From Anaerolineales bacterium UBA3082 (GTDB lineage: Bacteria; Chloroflexota; Anaerolineae; UBA7937): a stretch of DNA of 64,000 bases. Both the position numbers and the translations under genes were made by a program. The notes beneath the pieces were generated by a model. The model made no database searches. It was given only the letters and a program-made list of their open reading frames with translations, and was not told the DNA's origin. Positions 38,378 through 47,366 of the stretch are shown in pieces (position 1 is the stretch's first letter; each line of letters opens with the position of its first letter). Location: contig DFBK01000011.1 in assembly GCA_002366595.1 (NCBI GenBank), positions 13,540 to 77,539 of the forward strand. Reading direction: 5' to 3'.

Positions 38378-39101
38378 CTATCCCTCTGAGACGGTATCCT
38401 GCCTGCTGAGCATCGTTGTAGAACATCTTCACTGTATCCAGCGAGTACTCGTGCAGATCTTTACCAACCAAGGGTAACTTTCTCAGAATGTCGTGAGTGA
38501 CAGTGATGATGTGACACCCGACAGCATCGGCCTGGAATATATTGAGCAATTCACGGGGACTGGCCCAGATCAACTCAAGGTTTGGATACGGGCGCAGTAG
38601 TTGCACGGCTGCTGCCATCAAGGGCACGGGATCATGTCCGGTATCCGCAACACGCCCAGCGAAGACCGAAACAAAGCAGGATGGCCCTTCAGCAAGACAC
38701 TGGCTGATGTCCCGCACTTGATCCAATGTCATCATTGCCGTCACGTTCAATTTCACGCCAGCACGTGCCAACCTGCGCACCAGATCACAAGACGACTGAC
38801 CATGGGTGTTGGTGATGGGAATCTTGACATAGACGTTTTCGCCCCACGAGGAAATCTCTAACGCCTGACGTTCCATCTCGTCAAACTCGTCGGAGAAAAC
38901 CTCGAAGGAAATGGGGCGGTCAGGGATGGTGGCAGTGATTTCTTGGGCGAAGGCGCGATAGTCACTGACCTCCGCTTTGCGCATCAGAGTGGGATTCGTA
39001 GTGAATCCCTTGATCAGAGGGTTGCGATACAGTTCGAGCATGCCGGCCTTGTCGGCCCCGTCGGCGAAGATCTTGATGCTCAGATCGGCTAACCTTTTCA
39101 T
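38322..39101 (-). CDS. Transaldolase / fructose-6-phosphate aldolase family protein (TalC/Fsa-like)
   Basis: 'MKRLADLSIKIFADGADKAGMLELYRNPLIKGFTTNPTLMRKA' matches the Fsa/TalC N-terminal consensus (FaDgA...GvTTNP.L). Start taken at the internal Met (39101) that abuts the gmhB stop; the longest ORF extends to 39146. Confidence 0.75.
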   Translation of the reverse strand: MKRLADLSIKIFADGADKAGMLELYRNPLIKGFTTNPTLMRKAEVSDYRAFAQEITATIPDRPISFEVFSDEFDEMERQALEISSWGENVYVKIPITNTHGQSSCDLVRRLARAGVKLNVTAMMTLDQVRDISQCLAEGPSCFVSVFAGRVADTGHDPVPLMAAAVQLLRPYPNLELIWASPRELLNIFQADAVGCHIITVTHDILRKLPLVGKDLHEYSLDTVKMFYNDAQQAGYRLRGIVDFRKGILVEEELSAQKA

Positions 39102-39652
39102 CCTTTTTCCTCCTGCGCAGGCTGTGTGCGGCGCTGCAAAACCCAACCAACCGCTTCAATGAGTGAGCCAACCCGATGATCTGGGTTGTCCGGCTGTCTC
39201 TCTCTGTAACCATGGTCCACGAAGACGGTTTTGCACCCGGCGCGCTGCCCGGCTTCAATGTCTTTCCAGCGATCTCCCACCATGAAGCTGGCAGACAGAT
39301 CGATCTCCCAATCCTGTGCAGCCTCAAGTAGCAGGCCGGGCTCTGGCTTGCGACATGGGCAGTGGTCCGCATCGTCGTGATAACATACCCGCATGTCATC
39401 CAATGGCAGTCGTTTGCGCAGTACCTGATTCATCGCCTCTACGACTTCACGACGCTGAGTGCCCCGGGCTACACCTGGCTGGTTCGTCACAACGATGAGC
39501 AGGAAACCCGCTTCGTGTAATGAAGTGCAGGCCTCAACCACACCAGGCAGAATCTTCAGTTCGGCTAGGCTGCTAGGGGAATAGGGCCTGCCCTTCCGCG
39601 CAATGGCACGATTCAATACGCCATCCCGATCGAGAAAAACGGCCTGGTGCAT
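39098..39652 (-). CDS. gmhB: D-glycero-D-manno-heptose 1,7-bisphosphate phosphatase (HAD family, GmhB-like)
   Basis: HAD motif I 'AVFLDRDGVLN', motif II 'LIVVTNQ', and the GmhB-typical Cys-rich Zn-binding loop 'CYHDDADHCPCRKP' followed by 'GDRWKDIEAG'. Confidence 0.8.
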   Translation of the reverse strand: MHQAVFLDRDGVLNRAIARKGRPYSPSSLAELKILPGVVEACTSLHEAGFLLIVVTNQPGVARGTQRREVVEAMNQVLRKRLPLDDMRVCYHDDADHCPCRKPEPGLLLEAAQDWEIDLSASFMVGDRWKDIEAGQRAGCKTVFVDHGYRERQPDNPDHRVGSLIEAVGWVLQRRTQPAQEEKG

Positions 39653-39655
39653 GGT

Positions 39656-40249
39656 TCAGCTCACTGATTCCCACTTCATCGGCGACATTTGCAAAGCCGG
39701 ATGGGAAACCAGCAGGTGCCAGATCAGGGCCTGGAAGGACTCGGTATGGGGAGTGATGGTTTCCGGGTTCACTGGGGGGATGACCGCGCAGGCGTTGGCG
39801 ACCTGAGCAGTGTAACCACCGTCCCGGCCCACCACGCCGCAAATAGACGCTCCCACCTCCCGGGCGTATTGCAGGGCGCGCACCAGGTTGGGACTGATGT
39901 TATGCTCCAGGTCCCCGCCGCCGACCGAGAAGACAAAGATCATATCATTGCCGTTTAGGCGGCTCCCCTTCAGCCAGTTGACAAAGACCGATTCCCAGCC
40001 GTCGTCGTTGACCCGGGCGGTCAGTTCGGACACGTTGTCGGTGGGCGTGTAGGCCTCTATACCGACGATCTTTCGGAAGTCGTTCACAGCGTGGGAGGCA
40101 TGGCCAGCGCCGCCGACGCCCAGGAAGAAAAGCCGGCCGCCACGCTCACGAAGGGCGACCAGGAGATTAATCATCCTGTCAATGGCCTCCACGTCCAGAT
40201 TGCCCAGGATCTGGGATGCTTCTGACAGGTAATCTGTTGTGTATGACAT
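39656..40249 (-). CDS. gmhA: Sedoheptulose-7-phosphate isomerase (SIS domain, GmhA)
   Basis: 'GGRLFFLGVGGAGHASHAVNDF' and 'NDMIFVFSVGGG' are SIS-domain phosphosugar-binding motifs. The size (197 aa) matches GmhA. Confidence 0.85.
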   Translation of the reverse strand: MSYTTDYLSEASQILGNLDVEAIDRMINLLVALRERGGRLFFLGVGGAGHASHAVNDFRKIVGIEAYTPTDNVSELTARVNDDGWESVFVNWLKGSRLNGNDMIFVFSVGGGDLEHNISPNLVRALQYAREVGASICGVVGRDGGYTAQVANACAVIPPVNPETITPHTESFQALIWHLLVSHPALQMSPMKWESVS

Positions 40250-40384
40250 GCTTATCTCTACGACATTCTATGAGCCCGTAGCGAGCGGTGCTTGAGTGAC
40301 GAGTCGAAAGCCGCTTGGTCTGGTTTCGACAAGTTCAACCCAAGGGATGTGTCGCTTCGTCCCCTTCGGCAGGATCGGGCGACA

Positions 40385-41374
40385 TTAGAAATTCACCAGC
40401 ACCTTGGCGCCCTCGAAGTCGAAGTCGAAGGGCATCTCGCGGAGGCCCTCAGCAGCCATCGCTTGGCGCAGCCGGACTTTGTGATTATTGGGACAGTAGA
40501 ACATGAAGAAACCACCGCCGCCTGCTCCCATGATCTTGCCCCCCAAGGCGCCATTCTCCTTGGCGATATCGTACCAGCGGTCGATCTCCGGATGGCTGAT
40601 CTTGCCCGAGCGACGCTTCTTGTTCTGCCAATGCTCATCCAGCAAGAGGCCAAATCGCTCTAGATCGCCCTTCTTTAGCGCTTCCTTGATCCGGTACCCC
40701 AATTCCTTGGTACGATGCAGACTGTCAACTACGGCGGTGTCACCACGTTGCGTATCAACCTCCTGATCCTGTAGAATGTCCCGGCTGTGCCGGATGATAC
40801 CGGTGTAGAAGAGGAGGATGCAGTTGCGTAACTCCTCCATCGTGCTCCTGGAGATGCTTAGAGGACTGACGTGGACCGTGCCATCGGGGTCGATATCTAG
40901 ACAGGTGATGCCACCGAAAGCCGCCAGGTAGTGATCGTGTTTGCCTACGGGGTGGTGGGCTAGGTTCATCTCGATATGACAGGCTTGCTCGGCTAGGACT
41001 GGGGTCGGCACCTGCTCACGTTTGAAGGCATAGAGTGCGGTCAGGAGAGCGACGAGATAGCTCCCCGATGAGCCCAGGCCAGTGCCAGCTGGGACATCAG
41101 CCATGGAGACGATCTCCAAAGAGGTGTTGAGGTTGAGAAGCTTCAGCGTTGGGCGTACCAGGTCATGTTGGATGTCATCAACGCGGCTTACCTCCTCATA
41201 TCGGGAGTACTTGATCCGCAGCAGATTGTCGGCAGCCGGACGATTGGTATATACGTAAACGTACTTGTTAATGGCACCGCTGAGGATGAATCCGCCGTAG
41301 TGAGAATAATAAGAGGGCAGGTCAGTTCCACCCCCTCCCAGCGAGATCCGTAAGGGCGCTCTGGTTAAGATCAT
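40385..41374 (-). CDS. hddA: GHMP-family sugar kinase, D-glycero-alpha-D-manno-heptose 7-phosphate kinase (HddA-like)
   Basis: N-terminal 'ILTRAPLRISLGGGGTDL' and GHMP motif 2 'PAGTGLGSSGSYLVALLTAL'. It lies adjacent to gmhA, gmhB and the nucleotidyltransferase. Confidence 0.8.
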   Translation of the reverse strand: MILTRAPLRISLGGGGTDLPSYYSHYGGFILSGAINKYVYVYTNRPAADNLLRIKYSRYEEVSRVDDIQHDLVRPTLKLLNLNTSLEIVSMADVPAGTGLGSSGSYLVALLTALYAFKREQVPTPVLAEQACHIEMNLAHHPVGKHDHYLAAFGGITCLDIDPDGTVHVSPLSISRSTMEELRNCILLFYTGIIRHSRDILQDQEVDTQRGDTAVVDSLHRTKELGYRIKEALKKGDLERFGLLLDEHWQNKKRRSGKISHPEIDRWYDIAKENGALGGKIMGAGGGGFFMFYCPNNHKVRLRQAMAAEGLREMPFDFDFEGAKVLVNF

Positions 41375-41375
41375 G

Positions 41376-42089
41376 TCACTCTCCCTTCTCCCAGATGGCT
41401 TTCACCCGCTGCAGATCCTCCGGTGTATCAATCCACCAGAGATCTTCGCCTTGGGACATCCGATAGCCATATATCGCTTCTCCACGAGCCAGCAAAGATG
41501 GGAATAGATCATGACCGAAGTCAGATGGCGTACCGTCCGGGATGGCATCCAATACCTCTGGCTCTAGTACGAGGATCCCTGCGCTGACCCAGCCGCTGAA
41601 TACTTGGTGAGACTTCGGTTTCTCCACAAACCGGGTGATCCGGTCCTGGTCATCTAGATCAGCGATACCGCTGGCGATGGGGTCATCCCGATGGTAAAGT
41701 GCGATGGTGGCGATACCGCCCTTAGCCAGGTGGAAGACGACAAGCCGGTTCAAGTCACAAGTGGTCAGGTTATCGCCGTAGAGAACGAGGAAGGTGCTGT
41801 CGAACTGCTCTCGCACTCTTCTCACGGCCCCAGCCGTGCCAAGAAGTTCCGGTTCAAAGGAGTAGGTGATATGCACGCCCCAGCGTGAGCCATCGCCAAA
41901 GTGCTCAACGATCGTTTGAGGATGGTGGTGAAGGTTTATCACTGCCTCGCGAATGCCGTGGCGCGCGAGCAACTCCAGATTGTGTTCTAGAATAGGCTTG
42001 TCCCTTACGAGAACCATCGGTTTGGGGATGTGCTCGGTGAGAGGGCGGAGGCGAGTGCCCTGGCCCGCCGCCAGGATCATAGTCTTCAT
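41376..42089 (-). CDS. hddC: Sugar-1-phosphate nucleotidyltransferase, D-glycero-alpha-D-manno-heptose 1-phosphate guanylyltransferase (HddC-like)
   Basis: 'MKTMILAAGQGTRLRPLTEHIPKPMV' is the NTP-transferase signature G-x-G-T-R-L. A short 237-aa form as in HddC, with a 1-bp gap to hddA. Confidence 0.8.
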   Translation of the reverse strand: MKTMILAAGQGTRLRPLTEHIPKPMVLVRDKPILEHNLELLARHGIREAVINLHHHPQTIVEHFGDGSRWGVHITYSFEPELLGTAGAVRRVREQFDSTFLVLYGDNLTTCDLNRLVVFHLAKGGIATIALYHRDDPIASGIADLDDQDRITRFVEKPKSHQVFSGWVSAGILVLEPEVLDAIPDGTPSDFGHDLFPSLLARGEAIYGYRMSQGEDLWWIDTPEDLQRVKAIWEKGE

Positions 42090-42104
42090 GGTTGTGACTG
42101 ATTG

Positions 42105-43121
42105 TTAATTGTCAGCATCCGTCAACTTTACAACTCGGCCAGTCGCTGCGGATTCATAGACCGCGTACGCGAGCCTCAGGGCCTGCCACCCGTCGTAGCC
42201 GTTGCCGAGGGGCTGCCGATCCTCCCGAATGGCCGTCACGAACTCTCGCCATTCTTCCTCCCAGGAGACATCTGGGCCTGGAAACTCGAAACGCTTCTCC
42301 TCCGGGGGCCCTGATTGGGAGAGTCTCTTTCCCCAGATCAAACGTTCCAGCCCATAACTCCCCCCTAGCCCCTCCACAATCAGGTAACCTTCTCGGCCGA
42401 ATATCTCGAAGGAGAAGAGGTTCTTCCATTGAGTCCAACTGGCATGAAGGGAAGCCACCTGCCCTTTGGCTTTACGGAGAAGAGCAAACGCGTTATCCTC
42501 GACGGGCGTATTCCAGAATGAGGTTCCTGTGAAACCCACCACCTCATGAAAATCGCCCAGAAACCAGCGGAAGAGATCCAGAGCATGGATGCCTTGATCC
42601 AGCAACTCTCCACCGCCAGATATCTCCGGATTAGCCCGCCATTCCTTATCGTAGCCTGGCCTCCCGCCATGCCCGTAGCGGCAGCGAATGAAATAGAGCT
42701 CGCCGATAGCCCCTTGATCGAACAACTCACGTGCCTTCCGAATGGCGGCATGGTGTCGATGGTTGAAGCCCGTCTTCAGTTTGACCTTGTTTGCGCGAGC
42801 CGCCTTGACTATTTGCCAGGATTCTTCCGCGTTCCGTCCCAGGGGCTTCTCACAGAGGACATGCTTGCCATTCCGCGCCGCTTCTATGCTTATAGGCGCC
42901 AACCAGTCGTTGCTGGTGGAGACAATGACGGCCTCCACATCATCCCTGGCGACGACCTTTTGCCAGTCGGTTGTAGCCAAGCAGCCCATCTCTCTGGCCA
43001 GCGGTCTAGCCCGGCCCTCGTCCACGTCGGCCACAATTACCAACTCGTCACCAGGAGATTGGCGCACGACATCTGCCCGGCGGCAACCGATGAGACCACA
43101 CCCCACTATCCCGACACGCAT
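42105..43121 (-). CDS. Gfo/Idh/MocA family NAD(P)-dependent oxidoreductase (nucleotide-sugar dehydrogenase-like)
   Basis: 'MRVGIVGCGLIGCRRADVV' Rossmann motif and 'EKPLGRNAEE' (the EKP motif) typical of this family. Confidence 0.8.
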   Translation of the reverse strand: MRVGIVGCGLIGCRRADVVRQSPGDELVIVADVDEGRARPLAREMGCLATTDWQKVVARDDVEAVIVSTSNDWLAPISIEAARNGKHVLCEKPLGRNAEESWQIVKAARANKVKLKTGFNHRHHAAIRKARELFDQGAIGELYFIRCRYGHGGRPGYDKEWRANPEISGGGELLDQGIHALDLFRWFLGDFHEVVGFTGTSFWNTPVEDNAFALLRKAKGQVASLHASWTQWKNLFSFEIFGREGYLIVEGLGGSYGLERLIWGKRLSQSGPPEEKRFEFPGPDVSWEEEWREFVTAIREDRQPLGNGYDGWQALRLAYAVYESAATGRVVKLTDADN

Positions 43122-43123
43122 AG

Positions 43124-43990
43124 CTACTTCAGTTTGTCCATCAGCGGCCGCAAGGTGTACGGATCCATGCGGCGCAGAGTGAACCAGGGCGCAGACATCA
43201 CCTCGGCGATGCGGTCAGCGTCCCAGGACTGCCAGTCATCGTAGGGAGCAGCAATGAGTTTGCCAGTCAACCCATCCGAGTCATCCGAGGCCAGGAACAC
43301 GACCAGTTGTGCCGGCAGCTCTCGAGGCACGCCACCCTCGCCGGTCTCCCTCAACCGGCGGATGCGAGCCAGCAGGTCGCCTGCCCGCTCACCGGCCGTC
43401 AACACTTGGTCTTGCAGGCGAGTATCCACGGCACCAGGGGCGACAACGTTGACCTGGATGTTGAACTCTTTGACCTCTTCGGCCAGGGTCTCGGTCAGCC
43501 GCACACTAGCCGTCTTGGAGACGCCGTAGGCCGTGAAGCGCGGGAGCGGCGATGTCGCGCCCCCTCCAGAGAAGTTAACAATCTTCCCCTGCCGAGATTC
43601 TATCATGTGGGGCAGTACAGTATGGCAACACATAAACGTGCCAAGGAGATTGATCTGGATCGCCTGGATCCACTCATCCACATCTATGTCCCACATGGGA
43701 CCAATGGGGCCGTAGACACCGGCGGCGTTGACCAAGATGTCAATCTGGCCATAGGTGGTCAAGGTGGCCTCAACCAGCTGTAACACATCATCCTGTCTGG
43801 ACACGTCCGTGCGGATGACCTGAACCTGACCACCCATCTTCCGAATTTGGGCTGCAACCTGCTCAAGCTCGGTCTGGGTGCGGGAGGCGATGGCGAGGCG
43901 CGCACCTTCTCGGGCGAACGCCAGAGCAATGGCTTCGCCGATGCCACGTCCCCCGCCGGTGATGATGGCGACTTTGCCTTGCAGCCTCAC
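43124..43990 (-). CDS. Short-chain dehydrogenase/reductase (classical SDR)
   Basis: 'GKVAIITGGGRGIGEAIALAFAREGA' is a TGxxxGxG cofactor motif. 'NAAGV' and a catalytic Y-x3-K ('YGVSK') are present. Confidence 0.8.
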   Translation of the reverse strand: MRLQGKVAIITGGGRGIGEAIALAFAREGARLAIASRTQTELEQVAAQIRKMGGQVQVIRTDVSRQDDVLQLVEATLTTYGQIDILVNAAGVYGPIGPMWDIDVDEWIQAIQINLLGTFMCCHTVLPHMIESRQGKIVNFSGGGATSPLPRFTAYGVSKTASVRLTETLAEEVKEFNIQVNVVAPGAVDTRLQDQVLTAGERAGDLLARIRRLRETGEGGVPRELPAQLVVFLASDDSDGLTGKLIAAPYDDWQSWDADRIAEVMSAPWFTLRRMDPYTLRPLMDKLK

Positions 43991-45315
43991 GATTGACTCC
44001 TTCCCAGCGAAATACCCCGGCCGATCCCAGAGTAGGCAAACCCTAGTTGAATCATTTCTGTCGGGTCGAAGACATTCCTGGTATCAATGAACAGTGGCCG
44101 ACGCATGGCAGCGCGCAGGCAGGGTAAATCCAGGTCGTGAATGCCCGCCCACTCGGTTACGAGCACGAGGGCATCACTGCCCTCAGCAGCAGCATAGGGG
44201 TCGGGACAGGGTTCAAAGGGGGGCAGGTCGGCCACTTCATCCAGGCGGGCCAGTGGGTCGAAGGCTTTGACGGAAGCCCCCTGGGCGACCAAATCACGGA
44301 TGATGTCCAGGGCGATAGATCGGCGCAGAGTGCTGGTGCCGGGCTTATAGGTCAGGCCTAGGATGCCTACCTGAAGGCCCTCCAGCGAGTCGTATATCCT
44401 CTGCAGGCGTCGCCCCACCAGGCTGGCACGCGCCTGATTGACGACCATCACCGCGTCTATCATGGGGGTGTCACACCCGTGTTGCTGACCGAGCCTCTGG
44501 AGTGCCCGAATCTCGCGCCCCAGGGTGCCCCCGGCGAACCCCAGTCCCGGCTTGAGAAAGGCGTACCTACTGATTCGCCGATCAAGCTTCATAATCTGAG
44601 CTACCTGCAATGCGTCGGCGCCGACTTCATCGCACAGGCTGGCCATCTCATTGATAAAGCTGATGGAGGCGGCCAGAAAGGCATTGGAGGCATGCTTCGC
44701 CATCTCCGCGGTGCGCAGGCCGGTGATGACAATGGGCCGACCCAGGGGGCGATAGAGGGCCGCAATCCGTTCAGCCACGGCAGGGTCATTGGCACCCACC
44801 ACGAAACGGTCCGCACGGCGGAAGGTATCCACCGCTGCTCCCAGACGCAGGAACTCCGGCACGTAGGCCACGTCGAGGGCTGCCGCCGGATTCTCCTCCC
44901 GCACAATGGCGGTGATGCGCTCGCAGGTACCTACCGGCACCTGAGCACTGACGATCAGGATCAACTCCCCAGACATGGCCTGTCCGATATGCCGGGCTGC
45001 TTCGAAGATGCTGGTCAAATCCGATTCATCATCAGGTCCCACTGGCGTGTCGATGGCGATGTAGGCAAACTCGGCTCCGTGCAGTGCCTCTCTGTAGTCA
45101 GTCGTATACTTCAACCGCCCGGACCGCACGTTGCGGCGCATGATCGTTTTGAGTTTCGGCTCGTACACCGGAGGTTGGCCGGCGTTCAAGGCAGCCACAA
45201 CCCTCTCGTCATCACCCACTCCGCACACCTGGTGCCCCATGTCGGCTAGGCACGCAGACAACACCGACGCCTGATGCCAGAGGCCGACTATGCAGATGTT
45301 CGCCAATGTGCTCAC
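43987..45315 (-). CDS. Nucleotide-sugar dehydrogenase (UDP-glucose/GDP-mannose dehydrogenase family)
   Basis: N-terminal Rossmann 'ICIVGLWHQASVLSACLADMGHQV' and a central catalytic Cys in 'GLGFAGGTLGREIRAL' (GGxCxxKD-like region is 'FAGGTLG'). The three-domain length (442 aa) fits the family. The 4-bp ATGA overlap with the SDR gene indicates coupling. Confidence 0.75.
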   Translation of the reverse strand: MSTLANICIVGLWHQASVLSACLADMGHQVCGVGDDERVVAALNAGQPPVYEPKLKTIMRRNVRSGRLKYTTDYREALHGAEFAYIAIDTPVGPDDESDLTSIFEAARHIGQAMSGELILIVSAQVPVGTCERITAIVREENPAAALDVAYVPEFLRLGAAVDTFRRADRFVVGANDPAVAERIAALYRPLGRPIVITGLRTAEMAKHASNAFLAASISFINEMASLCDEVGADALQVAQIMKLDRRISRYAFLKPGLGFAGGTLGREIRALQRLGQQHGCDTPMIDAVMVVNQARASLVGRRLQRIYDSLEGLQVGILGLTYKPGTSTLRRSIALDIIRDLVAQGASVKAFDPLARLDEVADLPPFEPCPDPYAAAEGSDALVLVTEWAGIHDLDLPCLRAAMRRPLFIDTRNVFDPTEMIQLGFAYSGIGRGISLGRSQS

Positions 45316-45406
45316 TCCTGTCTTTGCCTGATGGCAGATGGCTGATGGCCCAAGACCGACCGCCGACGGCCGACCGGAACGAATGACGGCAGTCCGTAAT
45401 CAGCGG

Positions 45407-46612
45407 TCAGCCGTCGATCCGCTGGATGACCCCCTGCTCGCGCATCACCCGCTCTGCCTCTTCCAGGTACTCTTTCGTGCCCCGCTGCTTACGGATCCAG
45501 GCAATATACTCCACCACGCTCTGCTCCACTGGGATGGTGGGCTCCCATCCCAGGACGCGAAGTTTGGAGATGTCCGACACGGTGTGGCGGGTGTCTCCGA
45601 GCCGGAACTCGCCGGGAATGAGGGGCTCCAGATCGCTGTCGAAGGCATCCAACATGATGCGGGCGAACTCCAGGACGGTGACCGCTCGGCCACCGCCCAC
45701 ATTGAAGACCTCAAAGTTGGCCCGGTCATCTTCCAAGACTAAGAGGTTAGCCCGGGCGACGTCACAGACATTAACGTAGTCGCGCAGTTGTTGGCCATCC
45801 TCATAGATGATGGGGGGCAGGCCATGGAGCAGGCGGAGAGCGAAGCGGCGAGCGATGCCAGAGTAGGCGTTGTAGAAGGAGTTGCGGGGCCCCTGCACGT
45901 AGGTGTAGCGCATGCAGACCGTAGGGATACCGTAGCGCCGGCCCAGCCGATCGGCCAGCAGTTCGATGGCGTACTTGGAGATGCCATAGGCAGTACCAGG
46001 GCTGACCGTGTCTTCGTCAATCAACACCGGCTGCATGACCCCACCACAGTCGGGGCAATGGATTTCCCAGTCGCCGCGTTTCAATTGTTCCAATGGGCGT
46101 GGGGCAGGGATGTGGATGGCGGATGACAGAAGATGGAAGGTGGAAGAATGGAGCGCGGCCAGTTGTTCATGGACGGTGGGCGGGTTGATGCCGCCGGCGC
46201 AGGTGGGGCAGAGATACCGACCCTCACCACACACCGCCTGGGACGAGGCGAAGGTGATCTTTTGCACAGGGTAGCGCTCCCGGTTGGAGACAATGAGCTC
46301 GAAGAGGAGAGCAGCGCTCTCTGTGTTGGTATGAATAAAGGTGGAGAAATCGGGCATGTAGTCCTGGTAGGCAGCCAGGTGAAAGACGTAGTCCACACCC
46401 CGGAGCGCCCGGCTCAGATCATCTTGGTTCACCACGTCGCCCTGGATGAACTCAGCCTCTTTCGGCATGTAGGAGGGCTTGCCTCTAGGGTGTACCCGGG
46501 GTTGCAGGTTGTCCAGGATGCGGACACGATAGCCCTTTTCCAGCAGCAGATCAACCGTATGGGAGCCGATGAAACCAGCCCCGCCGGTCACAAGCACTTT
46601 TGGTGATGGCAT
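45407..46612 (-). CDS. Extended-SDR NAD-dependent epimerase/dehydratase with ~50-aa four-cysteine (zinc-ribbon-like) insertion
   Basis: 'KVLVTGGAGFIGSHTVDLLLEKGYRV' is the TGGAGFIG motif. The catalytic Ser region is 'FASSQAVCGEG', and Y-x3-K is 'YGISK'. About 70 residues separate the catalytic Ser and Tyr, versus ~25 in typical extended SDRs. The insert contains 'CGEGRYLCPTCAGG' and 'CPDCGGV'. Confidence 0.8.
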   Translation of the reverse strand: MPSPKVLVTGGAGFIGSHTVDLLLEKGYRVRILDNLQPRVHPRGKPSYMPKEAEFIQGDVVNQDDLSRALRGVDYVFHLAAYQDYMPDFSTFIHTNTESAALLFELIVSNRERYPVQKITFASSQAVCGEGRYLCPTCAGGINPPTVHEQLAALHSSTFHLLSSAIHIPAPRPLEQLKRGDWEIHCPDCGGVMQPVLIDEDTVSPGTAYGISKYAIELLADRLGRRYGIPTVCMRYTYVQGPRNSFYNAYSGIARRFALRLLHGLPPIIYEDGQQLRDYVNVCDVARANLLVLEDDRANFEVFNVGGGRAVTVLEFARIMLDAFDSDLEPLIPGEFRLGDTRHTVSDISKLRVLGWEPTIPVEQSVVEYIAWIRKQRGTKEYLEEAERVMREQGVIQRIDG

Positions 46613-46700
46613 TTAGATACCATATAGGTGGTAGTACCTCGTGACGGAGAGCGTGGGATATGCAAATATCTACAGCCAGCCGTCGGCCGTCGGGCACGGG

Positions 46701-47366
46701 CTAATAGTTGCTGCCCGACAGCACATACCAAGCCGCACCGAAGAGGAGTTTGATATCAAGCCAGAGGGACCAGTTATCAATGTACTCCAGGTCAAGTTTG
46801 ATCCACTCTTTGAACTCTTTGGGCTTGCCTCGGACGTGCCAGAGGCAAATCATGCCGGGGGTGACGCTGAGTTTGCGCCGTTGCCACTCTTCAAAATGTT
46901 CCCACTCCGCAGGACCGACTGGGCGGGGGCCGACTAGGCTCATGTCGCCTTTGAGGACGCTCCAGAGTTGGGGCAGTTCATCCAGGCTGAACTTGCGTAA
47001 GACGCGGCCCACGGGCGTAACCCGCGGGTCATTTTTTAGTTTGAAGGTGGGGCCGTTCCTCTCGTTGTATTGCCAGAGGTCTTTCTTCAGTCCGTCGGCG
47101 TTGACGACCATGGTACGGAGTTTGTAGCCGGTGAATCTTTTGCCGCCTTTTCCAATCACAACCCATTGATAGAGAACAGGACCAGGTGAGGTAATCTTGA
47201 TAACTGCGCCGATAGCGAGCAGAAGCGGAGTTAAGATAACCAACGACATGGCAGAAATACCCACATCAAGTATCCGTTTCACACCCAATTGCCATCGAGA
47301 AGCAAGCAGACGTGTCTGACCAAGATGCCTCAGGGGCATTTTCTCTGGAGACACATCATGCAGCAT
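46701..47366 (-). CDS. Small monotopic phosphoglycosyltransferase (PglC/WcaJ-C-terminal-like sugar transferase, Bac_transf)
   Basis: 'KRILDVGISAMSLVILTPLLLAIGAVIKITSPGPVLYQWVVIGKGGKRFTGYKLRTMVVNAD...DELPQLWSVLKGDMSLVGPRP' is the complete Bac_transf signature in a 221-aa protein. Confidence 0.9.
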   Translation of the reverse strand: MLHDVSPEKMPLRHLGQTRLLASRWQLGVKRILDVGISAMSLVILTPLLLAIGAVIKITSPGPVLYQWVVIGKGGKRFTGYKLRTMVVNADGLKKDLWQYNERNGPTFKLKNDPRVTPVGRVLRKFSLDELPQLWSVLKGDMSLVGPRPVGPAEWEHFEEWQRRKLSVTPGMICLWHVRGKPKEFKEWIKLDLEYIDNWSLWLDIKLLFGAAWYVLSGSNY

